The notes under the pieces are model-generated. The model did not search any database and was not told the DNA's origin. It saw only the letters and a program-made list of their open reading frames with translations. A program made the position numbers and the translations under genes. Below, piece after piece: positions 53,111-64,000 of a stretch of DNA of 64,000 nt (positions within the stretch are counted from its first letter, which is position 1; every line of letters starts with the position of its first letter). The stretch is from assembly GCA_951406725.2 (NCBI GenBank), contig OX597817.1, positions 116,622,001 through 116,686,000 on the forward strand, given 5' to 3'. The DNA is from Octopus vulgaris (taxonomy: Eukaryota).

Positions 53111-55594
53111 AACGTTAAAGCAAGATTTATAAATCAGATGTTTAAGATATTAGCTTGAATAACTAAGGATTCTAAAATATATTTGAAATTAAAGAAATCT
53201 TAGGATATTCAACAATCTGAGAACCATCCTTGTCAATAAAAGTGATGTTTTCAGAAACTAGCTAGTAAGTTCCATACACTTCCTCATTGAGTAAAAGAAT
53301 ATGCAGAATAAAGAGCAATGAGTAATTGGATAGATGGCAGTTATGTAAAGGGGACAGTATTAGAAAAATATAAAGACTAATTCTAATGTTGCATCTTTTT
53401 ACGTATCTTCCTCAGACAAATGTTAAAATAAAACATAAAAATACTATAGAAATATCGAGTTGTGTCATCTGCAAATCCCCAGTCCAAGTATAAAATAATC
53501 TCTAATGCAAGAATGTGAAAATATTTTCTCAGAGGCCATTGAAAATAAATCATCTGTCTAGATACATTAAGTTTTTCATGTAGGCAAAACTGCAATATTA
53601 ATGAGCTATATATTCACATAAATGAAACAGAATATATTGTGGGAATCAATAAATGGCCAACATATGAAATTTATCCATAATTTATTCTTTAGGTATTTCA
53701 TTGATTCTAACATAGTTTCTGTCCAATTTCCCCATATGGATAATGTGGCACAAAACTATCAAGAATTATCTGTAATATACTCCTTGTTGCTGTACAACAA
53801 CTAAACTTTTTTTGAGAAATTTATCACACTGTTATGCGATCAAACTCTTGTAAATATAGGATTCGAATTTTCACTTTTACATAAGTAAATTTGCTTTAAA
53901 TATCTATCAGATTGTTACTAGCTAGTAAGAGAGAAATAACTACATGTGAGAACATAAATACTTGTCCTGCTAGAAATAGTACCCAACAAGTAAAAACATC
54001 ATCTTGAAAATGGAAAACATTGAAAGTAGACTTAAACTATACACAGGTTAAAATTTCAATGACTCATACGTATTTGATCATAAGTATACTCAATCACAAG
54101 TTAGAGAAAACTAAAAGTGTGCACCCATTGATTTTGTTTCCTCATAACATTCAGAAAATTGGTATTTTTAATGAAATTTTCAACAAATATCTACTGGTAT
54201 TTGTTGATTTAAATTACAATTTTATTACAGTTTAATGAAAAACCAAAATTGGTAGGCTCACACTCGTATACACTGACACACATTGCAAAACTGTTTACAG
54301 AATTTCAACTCTCAGTTTGTAGATATGATATGTGTCAGTATGTATGTGTGTGTATAGCCACCCATTTCTATTCCCTCACTAAATTCTTACATAATTGTAA
54401 TCTACATCATCTGAAAGTTATCAATAGAAATTTCATTGAAAAATATCCATTTTTCTGTATATTATGAGGACTTAAATTTGTGGTGGGGCACAATAGTATA
54501 CATAGACCAAATTAAAAATGTAGTCTAAAATATACATAAGTCAAGATTGCAATGATTAATAGGTAGTTCATCATAGGTAAACTGAATCACAATTAAAATA
54601 CAGAAAACTGATATCATTTTGTTTGAAATATACTGGCATAGGCTCTAGAAATACAAAATTAAGTATCTAAATTACCTACATAATACAAAATCAACACATT
54701 TAACATAATACATTGTGACAATTGCATCTTCATGCTTGGGATAATAAGTAACAAGCATTCCTATTAAAAGAATTCCGTTTATGAAGGAACTGTCTCAAGT
54801 ATTTCAAAATGGAAACAGGCATTCATCTATTCTGATACCCATTGAACCATCAGCTAGTTATTTGTTGAGGCTTCCATCTGTGCAGCCAGCTATTGGCCTA
54901 TTCAAACATCTGCCCATCCATCCCTCCATCTAGACAGTCAAGCCAGCTAGCCAGCCAATTAATCAGTGCATCAGCCCTGGACATATGGAAGCATCCATAA
55001 CCAGGATCTCACTTACTCATCTAGAACTGTCAGCTGTGAACTCACAAGGAAGTGCACACGCTGTAACAATTTCCAATATTAATCATCATAAGAGCAGATC
55101 TGCCATACTGTGCAATGAAAGAAGCATCCTTGCAAAAATTTTCAAACAATTAGCCACAATACCTTAGAAAGGTCACATTAGCTATAACTGGTCCAAATCC
55201 AATTGCAAAATAGGCAGCACCTTCTTGCTCATTCAATGAGAATACCCTCCAGGTACTGACTACTAGTGTTGCCAACCATTGCTAACAACCACCAACAAGA
55301 AACCTAATGCAGCAGGAACATACAGTATATTGATACTATAATACTTTGTAACATATGATGAGACTATGATACTATGTAATGTGCTATGTCTAGATGGGAT
55401 ACTAAGCTATATGGTAGAGCAATAGAAGGTATGTATTTTCATTTCATATCATTTTAGATCAACAAAACTCAACTTTATTTTCGCACTACAGACCAGTTTT
55501 GTGCAAAACTACTTTCTCACAGACTTAAGGATCACACACATAACAAAACAATTAAGTCCATGATTATAATTTAACTGTTATGTATATCAACATG

Positions 55595-55790
55595 GGGAAT
55601 GGCAGAATTGTTACCATACTGGGCAAAAAGCTTAGCAATTTATGTTCTGAGTTCAAATTCTACCAAGGTCAAATTTGCCTTTCTCCATCCAGGGTCAGTA
55701 AAATAAGTACTAGTTGAGTACTGGGGCTGATATAATGGACTAGCTCCCTTCTTCAAACTTCTTGGCCTTGTTCCAAAATTAGAAACCAAT
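55595..55790 (+). mobile_element. Degenerate tRNA-derived SINE (1277-type)
   Basis: tggcagaattgtta..ctgagttcaaattc..aaaataagtac. Confidence 0.75.
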
Positions 55791-55802
55791 TATTATATAT
55801 AT

Positions 55803-56109
55803 AAAGGATCATGGATCATTTGGTACCAGGTTACACACAATGAATAGATTTTTAAATTTTGCATTGCAATATTAGAAGAATTAAAGTGTATAATATACAC
55901 TGTAGTATTTACATTTGCTTTATCATCATCATCATCATCATCGAAAGCGGACGCTAAACGATGATGATGATGATGATGATGATGATGATAAAGCAAATGT
56001 AAATACTACAGTGTATATTATACACTTTAATTCTTCTAATATTGCAATGCAAAACTTAAAAATCTATTCATTGTGTGTAACCTGGTACCAAATGATCCAT
56101 GATCCTTTA
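55803..56109. repeat. Near-perfect palindrome centred on an RTE-type (GAT)n tail
   Basis: 55803-55942 versus 55959-56109, one visible mismatch outside the microsatellite; loop aaagcggacgctaaa. Confidence 0.95.
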
Positions 56110-56458
56110 CTGGACCACAACCCAGTAGTTAAGGACTCCTGAATTGGATATCATCTTCCATAGATAGCAGACCAAGTTCTCTCTTCAAAAGCGAGGAACA
56201 ATGAAGAAAATCTGTTGTTTCAGTTATTACAATTCAAACCCATAACTCAGCAATGGAGAAGTCCAACTAGTCTCACTTCCAAGCCATAATTATTCTTTTA
56301 TGACTCTGATCCTAAGTCAGGACCATCTGAGGAAATTTAAAGTTCCCAACAGATATATTAGTGCATTGAGTCCTATAGTATTTATCTGTAGATAGAAAAG
56401 AAGAGTATATATAGATCAGAATATATGTATATGATATATATATATATATATATATATA

Positions 56459-56600
56459 CAGTAATCCCTCGTCTATCATGGGTGTCACATTCCAAAATCC
56501 CTGTGATACGTGAGTAGAAACAGTACTGTATATATTCTTTTGCTATTTTTATAATTTGTATATATTTATTTTATTATAAATGCAAAACAATAGCACACAC
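56459..56600. mobile_element. Tigger/pogo-like terminal fragment
   Basis: TA-cagtaatccctcg terminus. Confidence 0.5.
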
Positions 56601-56686
56601 TTGCCTCCTGAGTTTCGTTTTCAAAACAGTATGTGCAATTCTTTGTTTACATATCTATGGTACACTATGTATTCTCTGTTAATATA

Positions 56687-57179
56687 CAGGGTGTTTCAAA
56701 ATATTTGATATCATTTCACAATCTAATAACTTTGCCAGTTCTTGTTCAAATGACTTCAAATTTTAACAGCATGTGTAGAAAGAGGTTAAAATTTTATGTT
56801 TAATGTTTGATATGTTTATCTTTTCAGGTATAGGAATGTCATTCACTGGAAGAGAAAAGGCGTTTTGTGTGTTGGAGTATGCTCAAACACAGTCAAACAA
56901 GACTGTGCAGCGTACATTAGTGAGTTCTCTAAAAATTTAGATTTGTACAGGCACAAAAAATTCAAAGAGGAGGGCTGTATGTGCAGGGCAAAAGGATCTG
57001 GACGACCACTAACATTGAAAGAGACAGTTGAGAGGTTTCACCAAAAACTCAATAAGAAGAAGTCTGGAAACCCAGATTCCTCCAAAGACAGCTTGGTGCT
57101 TCCTGGGGAAACTAATGAAACCCTAAAAGTTGCAGCTCATTTGGGCTATAATGGCAGATGACAATCAAGAATGCAAACA

Positions 57180-57180
<1 letters not shown>
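56687..57180 (+). mobile_element. Tc1/mariner 5' fragment (HTH region)
   Basis: TA-cagggtgtttcaaaa TIR; MSFTGREKAFCVLEYAQTQSNKTVQR..HKKFKEEGCMCRAKGSGRP. Confidence 0.85.
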
Positions 57181-57246
<66 letters not shown>

Positions 57247-57679
57247 AAAATTATTAACTGGAACATGGACATACATATATTCTGCTATGGATCATAACGT
57301 AAGAGTTATTAATAATATTATGAATGATAATAATGATAAAATTAATGGTATTGACAACGATAATGATGCTAACTTTAATGACACTTTAGAAACTATTATG
57401 AAGTAATATAATGTACTATTGACTATGTATATTTGCATCTAGATATTAATTTGTGTATGCTTATTATCACAATATTAAGTCGAAAAACTGAGACATTGAG
57501 TGTGGAACACATATATATGTTTACTAATTTATATTATTTATTTATATCATTATGTAAATGTATATTTTTATATGTATAGGAGTGTGAGTATATGCACTCA
57601 TATGTATATATATATGTTGTATTGTGGGTATGCACCCACACCCATGTGGGTATATATGTAGACTGAGTTATATTACATA

Positions 57680-57806
57680 ATCTCCGAAGAGGCCTTGTGA
57701 TATTTTTGTTAATGTCTCATTTATATCTATATATTGACCAACCATAAAGGGCTAATATTGGTAAAATGAGACATACTTATCGACATGGCCGAAACAGCTG
57801 TAAGAT
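57680..57806 (+). ncRNA. Type-I hammerhead ribozyme with about 100-nt stem II (one core substitution)
   Basis: atct-CCGAAGA-ggcc..atgtctcattt..aaatgagacat..ggcc-GAAA-cagctg-TA-agat. Confidence 0.75.
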
Positions 57807-58049
57807 CTAATTTATACTTATATTTATATTTACTTGTATTTATATTCTCTTTTATATATATTCTACTTATTATACAACATTACTCTTTTATGTACACTTT
57901 TTTATGTACATTCCTTTATGTACACTGATTTGTTCTGCTTTTTATATTTAACCCTACAGTCTCTTATGTGGTGGTTTAATAAAGTATGTGATTGAGTATT
58001 ATCTGGTAATTGATATTTGATTTAGATGTATTTCTCCATTTTCTTATCT

Positions 58050-58081
<32 letters not shown>

Positions 58082-58093
<12 letters not shown>

Positions 58094-58520
58094 TAGAAAA
58101 AAACCCATCTTTTATCAATTCAAAATGAATAAATAATTAAATTACACCATCTAGAAAATAACATATAGTATAAAAGTTAAAATTAAAATAACAATTAAAA
58201 AGTAAAGATTAAGTAAATTACAAGAATAAATTTAATGTATATAATCGGTAGAAACACATGTCGTTTTTCTACATATTATATACATTATATTATTCTTGTA
58301 ATTTACTTAATCTTTCCTTTTTAATTGTTATTTTAATTTTAACTTTTATACTATATGTAATTTTCTAGATGGTGTAATTTAATTATTTATTCATTTTGAA
58401 TTGATAAAAGGTGGTTTTTTATCTAATATTTTATATATATTTTATTGTGTGGAATTTGATTTAGTATTTCTAAATTGAATTCTTTCTCCTTGTAAGTTTG
58501 GATTTTATTCCCTCAAATAA
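58082..58520. repeat. Fold-back PLE-type terminal repeat
   Basis: Arms about 58082-58255 and 58265-58440; centre gaaacacatgtc (HHR 3' half); terminus resembles 6695-6720. Confidence 0.85.
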
Positions 58521-58532
58521 TAATTAAAATAT

Positions 58533-58570
<38 letters not shown>

Positions 58571-59901
58571 ACATATATATATATATTTATATACACACAC
58601 ACACACATTCATATATATATATTTGTATATATACATATGTATACACGTGCACACGTACACTTAAATATAAAATCTTTCTTGTGTCTTTTATTTCTTTCAG
58701 TCATTGGACTACTGCCATGCTGAAACACCACCTTGAAGGGGTTAGTTGAGCATATAAATGTAATTAATTTACTGTTTTTTTTATTGATAGGATCAACAAA
58801 AATGTATTCTGTCCAATGAGAAATGAATGCCCTTCAATGTACAAAGTATTTAAATACAAGTGAGTATAAGTTTCATGCTATGAGAACACAAGAAATTGGC
58901 AACTTTATATATATTAAGCATTGTGTTTCCAAGGAATCATACTCAAATATACAACATGGCTGGTCTTCTTTGATAAAAGAAGAAAGGCAGTTGCTCTTTG
59001 AAGAAACAATTTGCTGAGATAGAACGCTACACTTCAAGAAAATATGAGAAAATATGAAAGGAAAGTAAAGGCAAGAAGTGAAATGAAAAAATGAGCAAAA
59101 AAGTGAATGATATAAATGAAAAAGGAAAAACAAAAAAGAAAATCAAAGTTGCATTTTTTTGTCCATTCAGATCAGAACTGATCAGGATGGTTTTCAAATC
59201 AGAAGTAATATAGTTGGCATAAATTAATTCAACTGGAAGAAGATCAAAGTTTGTGAGTCTGCATGCTTAATCTGGAGAGGGCAGAGTCCTCCAGTTCAAC
59301 AGAGAAAATTTATCTATACGTTTACATGTAATATTAATTTCAGATCTGAAATTAAGTTGGCCCATTCTTAAAAATGAAAATAAAACATGAGCTCTTCCAG
59401 CTACACAAAGCCTGCATCGCTTTGATGCATAAACACATTGTATGGATCACTCCATGATGTTCTGCCTAATAGTGAATGGTGTTCAGTTGGCCTTCAAAAC
59501 AGGATCAGCTATTTTGTATATTTGAGTCTAAAAGAAAGATTACTTGAAAATACAAGGTTTGATATATAACCTTACCAGTATATTGTGTTTTGACAGCATG
59601 AAATGGATAGCAACTCATACACATATAAATATTGTATATGTAAAATGGTGTGTCCATGTGTGTATATATGCAAACATACATTCACACACATATATATATA
59701 TATATACAGAGAGAGAGAGGGGGGAAGAGAGAGGGAGAGAGAGACGGGGAAGTAATATTTTCTCCACTAAAAATAGATGTTCTGTTAGAACAAACAATAC
59801 TGCTTTATTGAGAAACTCTCATACTGGTTTTTGGTGCAAAATACTCTTGTTGATATCGCAAATGCAGAGATAAATCTTCACCACCTCCAGTACCGAGACC
59901 A

Positions 59902-59959
<58 letters not shown>

Positions 59960-59960
<1 letters not shown>

Positions 59961-60975
59961 GAGAGTGTATCCACTAGAATAAGAATAGCCTGGGCAAAGT
60001 TCAGAAAGCTCCTACCTCTACTGGTAACAAAGGGCTTCTCTTTCAGAGTGAAAGCTAGACTCTATAATGCATTTGTGCAAGTAGTGATGCTACACAGTAG
60101 TGATGCTACACAGCAGTGAAACATGGGCCATGACTACTGAGGACATACGTAGGCCCAAAAGAAATGAATCTAGTATGATCTGCTAGATGTGTAATGTCAG
60201 TGTGCATACATGACAAAGTGTAAGTGGTGCCCAGAGAGAAATTTTGGACATAAGAAGCTTCAGATGTGGCATGCAAGAGAGACGACTGTACTTCTATGGT
60301 CATGTGCTGCATATGGATGAAGAGAGCTGTGTGAATAAGTGTCACACCCTAAGAGTAGAGGGAATCTGCAGAAGATGTAAACCCAAGAAGACACAGGATG
60401 AGCTGGTGAAGCATGACGTTCAAATGTTGGGCCTCACAGAGGCAATGACAAGAGATCTAGACCTTTGGAGATATGCTGTGCTTGAGAAGACCAGCAAGTA
60501 AAGTGAGATGTTAGCTGTGGTCAATACAATTGTTGCATAGCCAGCCTATTTAAAAGTTACCTTGAATTGTTGGGCAATACGCTGTGCTTGAGAAGACTAG
60601 TTGAGTCAAGTGAAAGCGAACTGTCACCAATGATCCAGCAAGTAAAGTGAGATCGCAGCCAAGGCTAATACTAGTGTCACATAATCTGACCATTTAAAAG
60701 TACCCTTCAACTGCACTTGAGAAGACCTATTGAGTCAAGTGAAATTAAAATCACAATTGAAATGGTAGTTGTGTCTGATGTCAGTACTGCCGGACTAACA
60801 CCAGTGCTGGTGGTACGTAATAAGCATCATTCAAGTGTGGATCGATGCCAGTGCCACCTGACTGGCTCCCCATGTCAGTGACATGTAAAAAGCATCATCC
60901 AAATGTGGTTGGTGCTAGTGCCCCCAGACTGGCTTCTATGCCAGTGGCACATAAGAAGTACCATCTGAATGTGGT
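59960..60975 (+). mobile_element. RTE LINE 3' fragment
   Basis: RIRIAWAKFRKLLPLL..RLYNA..SETW..RRLYFYGHVLHM..VKHDV..DLWRY. Confidence 0.9.
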
Positions 60976-60992
60976 ACTTTATATATATATAT

Positions 60993-61043
<51 letters not shown>

Positions 61044-61072
61044 CATATATATATGTAATACATGTGTGTGTG

Positions 61073-61111
<39 letters not shown>

Positions 61112-61134
61112 TTATATGTATACATATATGTACT

Positions 61135-61181
<47 letters not shown>

Positions 61182-61365
61182 CATAAGCTTCTTTCAGTTT
61201 CCATCTACCAATTTCACTGACAAGGCTTTGGTGTGCCTGGGGTTATATTAAAAGAGACTTGCAAATTTCTTACCGCAAGCTGTGCATATTTACATTGCAC
61301 ACCCTCATACACACATATATAATATTGTGCACATACTTACTTTATACACACACGTACATATATAT

Positions 61366-61412
61366 CTGAAGAGAATCTTTGTGTCTACTAATTACTCGAA
61401 AACTTTATTAGA
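61366..61412 (+). ncRNA. Highly degenerate HHR-like motif
   Basis: CTGAAGA-ga..tc-GAAACtt; stems I and III pair poorly. Confidence 0.3.
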
Positions 61413-61829
61413 CTTAACAACAGAAAAATGTGATAGGCAAAATCGCATATGATTATTATTATTATCATAAAAACCAGACATGATATTACTGCCTTGAGAT
61501 TGTGCTTACGAATTAGTGTTCGTTACTGAAACTTGTTGATTAATTATAAACATATATATTTCGGTAGGTTCTTTCCAAAATGTGACATTGTCTCAAATAA
61601 TCTACTCTTGGACTGATTGACTGAGGAGCTCTCGAAGGGAATTAAATTGGTTTTCTTGACAAATAATAAAATATTCTTGTCTGCACTGTCGACATTAAAT
61701 TAATGACAAAAAATAAAATGCTTCTCAAAACGACATCTTCTATTCACCTCACGAATATACATCATAACAGCAACTACAACAACAACAACAATAATAGTAA
61801 TAATAATAATAATAACAATAATAATAATG

Positions 61830-61864
<35 letters not shown>

Positions 61865-62130
61865 AATAATAATAAGAAGAAGAAGAAGAAGAAGAAGAAG
61901 ACTGTAGCAATTACCCCGCTTTTCAGAATTCTTTATTTAGTTTTGTGCCACAGAGGACAGATTATTTCATACCTCATACGGGGATAGAAATTGCTTAGAG
62001 GTTGAAAACGAGAATGATATTTTAAGTAATTCATGTTATTGCCGAACAGAAAAATGAAGTGGTGTCAGTTTATATAAAAATAAATATCTATTGCAAATCT
62101 TGATATAGGTTTGTGCAAGTTGTGTATATA

Positions 62131-62208
<78 letters not shown>

Positions 62209-62399
62209 TCATACGCATATATATATATACTCATGTGCACAATTGCAAAAACACACAGACACATGTTGCAGCTCATACACATACATGCATATGCACACAC
62301 ACACACACATGCATATTCATCTAAACTAGAAACTATATATATTATTCTATATTATTCTATATACTGTATATATTATAAAACTATATATATTATTCTATA

Positions 62400-62437
<38 letters not shown>

Positions 62438-62440
62438 CTA

Positions 62441-62493
<53 letters not shown>

Positions 62494-63270
62494 AAACTAT
62501 ATATATATTATTCTTATTCACTAAGTCACTTAGTGTCAAGACTCTCCCGCCTTCTCTCTGTATCTCTCTCTCTCTCTTAAATTCTATGAAAACTTGTGAA
62601 GTCAGACAATGTCAGGCAAGCTTTTCTCTTTCTCTCACTCTCTGTGCCTTTCATTTTCTGCCCGAAAGAGAAAGACAGAGAGAGCAATAAAGAAAGAGGG
62701 TAGGGATAATGGTGGTACATGCAAATGATGTCAAATTCTCTGTTTCTTTCATTTCTCTTTCTCTCTTTGTCTTTCTGACTGTCTGTCTGTCTAATTGTCT
62801 GTCTCACTTTCTCTTTCTCTTTGGCCCTGTCTCTCTGTCTCCCTGTGTTTCTCTCTCTCTCTGTCTGTCTCTCTATCACACTCCCTATTTCTCATTGTAT
62901 TTCTATTTCTATACATATAATAAAATGCTGTGTGTTTCACACTCAGGTCATGCAGCTTTCAGGGTAACCAGAACAACAAATGGATTGGGAGAGAATAACA
63001 TCAGAAGTAATAGATGTAGTGAATTGCTGTGAGAACTTTTGCACAGCAGTAGCTAGTATTCTAATCAAAATGAAACAGTAAATCTTTTCCTGGATTATAT
63101 TTATCAATTTTACATGTACACACACACACGCACACACACGTGCACACGTTCACACACATAGACTCACACAAGCACACACATACACATATGCATCTACATA
63201 TGATAATAAAAGTTAAACTCTTTGTCTTTTCAGAACATTATTGTTCACATAACATTTATAGATTATGTAT

Positions 63271-63664
63271 GGTGGTGGAAGCACTCCATCGGTTACGACG
63301 ATGAGGGTTCCGGTTGATCCGATCAACGGAACAGCCTGCTCCTGAAATTAACGTGTAAGTGGCTGAGCACTCCACAGACATGTGTACCCTTAACGTGGTT
63401 CTCGGGGATATTCAGCGTGACACAGAGAGTGACAAGGCTGGCCCCTTGAAATACAGGTACAACAGAAACAGGAAGTAAGAGTGAGAGAAAGTTGTGGTGA
63501 AAGAAGAGTACAGCAGGGGAATCACCACCATCCCTGCCGGAGCCTCGTGGAGCTTTTAGGTGTTTTCGCTCAATAAACACTCACAACGCCCGGTCTGGGA
63601 ATCGAAACTGCGATCCTACGACCGTGAGTCCGCTGCCCTAACCACTGGGCCATTGCGCCTCCAC
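63271..63664 (-). mobile_element. Young full-length tRNA-derived SINE
   Basis: gtggaggcgcaatggcccagtggttagggcagcggac..gtttcgattcc head; many CpGs retained. Confidence 0.92.
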
Positions 63665-63933
63665 AGAATATATATGTATATAAATAAAAGTGGCTAAGCA
63701 ACCTGTTGCCTGCCTCTCTATATATATATGGGGCTGACCAGAGTGGAGTAATCTCAAGTATAACCAGCTGAAATTGCAAAGATAATCTGGAACTCGACTG
63801 AGGAAAGAAAACTCCGTATGACCGGTCCTTGTTTTCTTTGTATCGTCTATCTGGATGTTTTGTTGTCCTTTCTTCTGTCACCTATCTGGATGGTTTGTGT
63901 TCTTGTCCCATTTTGTATTTAGATATATGTGTG

Positions 63934-63997
<64 letters not shown>

Positions 63998-64000
63998 TGT

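Noticed and set aside
63730-63830. ggctg..cagctgaaattgcaa as a hammerhead 3' half
   Set aside because: No CUGANGA and no UH after the palindrome; probably a repeat terminus but not supportable

Overview
AT-rich, microsatellite-dense eukaryotic DNA, almost certainly from an octopus (cephalopod) genome. This is inferred from the SINE and RTE repeat families; no database search was run. Most ORF-track entries are translations of microsatellites. The window is mostly decayed mobile DNA: tRNA-derived SINEs, RTE LINE tails, an R4/Dong-type 3' end, a Tx1/L1-like ORF1-only element, Tc1/mariner copies, piggyBac-type MITEs, a Helitron and a solo LTR. The main recurring signal is a set of Penelope-like element (PLE) relics: GIY-YIG and RT fragments plus fold-back inverted repeats beside (TA)n tracts, carrying about a dozen intact or degenerate type-I hammerhead ribozyme (HHR) motifs. 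Two copies of a tRNA-headed SINE end in an HHR-bearing tail, a candidate PLE-mobilised ribozyme SINE. In the non-repeat DNA from about 28 to 47.6 kb, plus-strand translations give ordered, stop-ridden motifs resembling a dynein heavy chain, suggesting an old pseudogene. A small two-exon minus-strand gene candidate (about 96 aa) with a CpG-rich upstream patch lies at 48.7-52 kb. Coordinates were read by eye and repeat boundaries are approximate.
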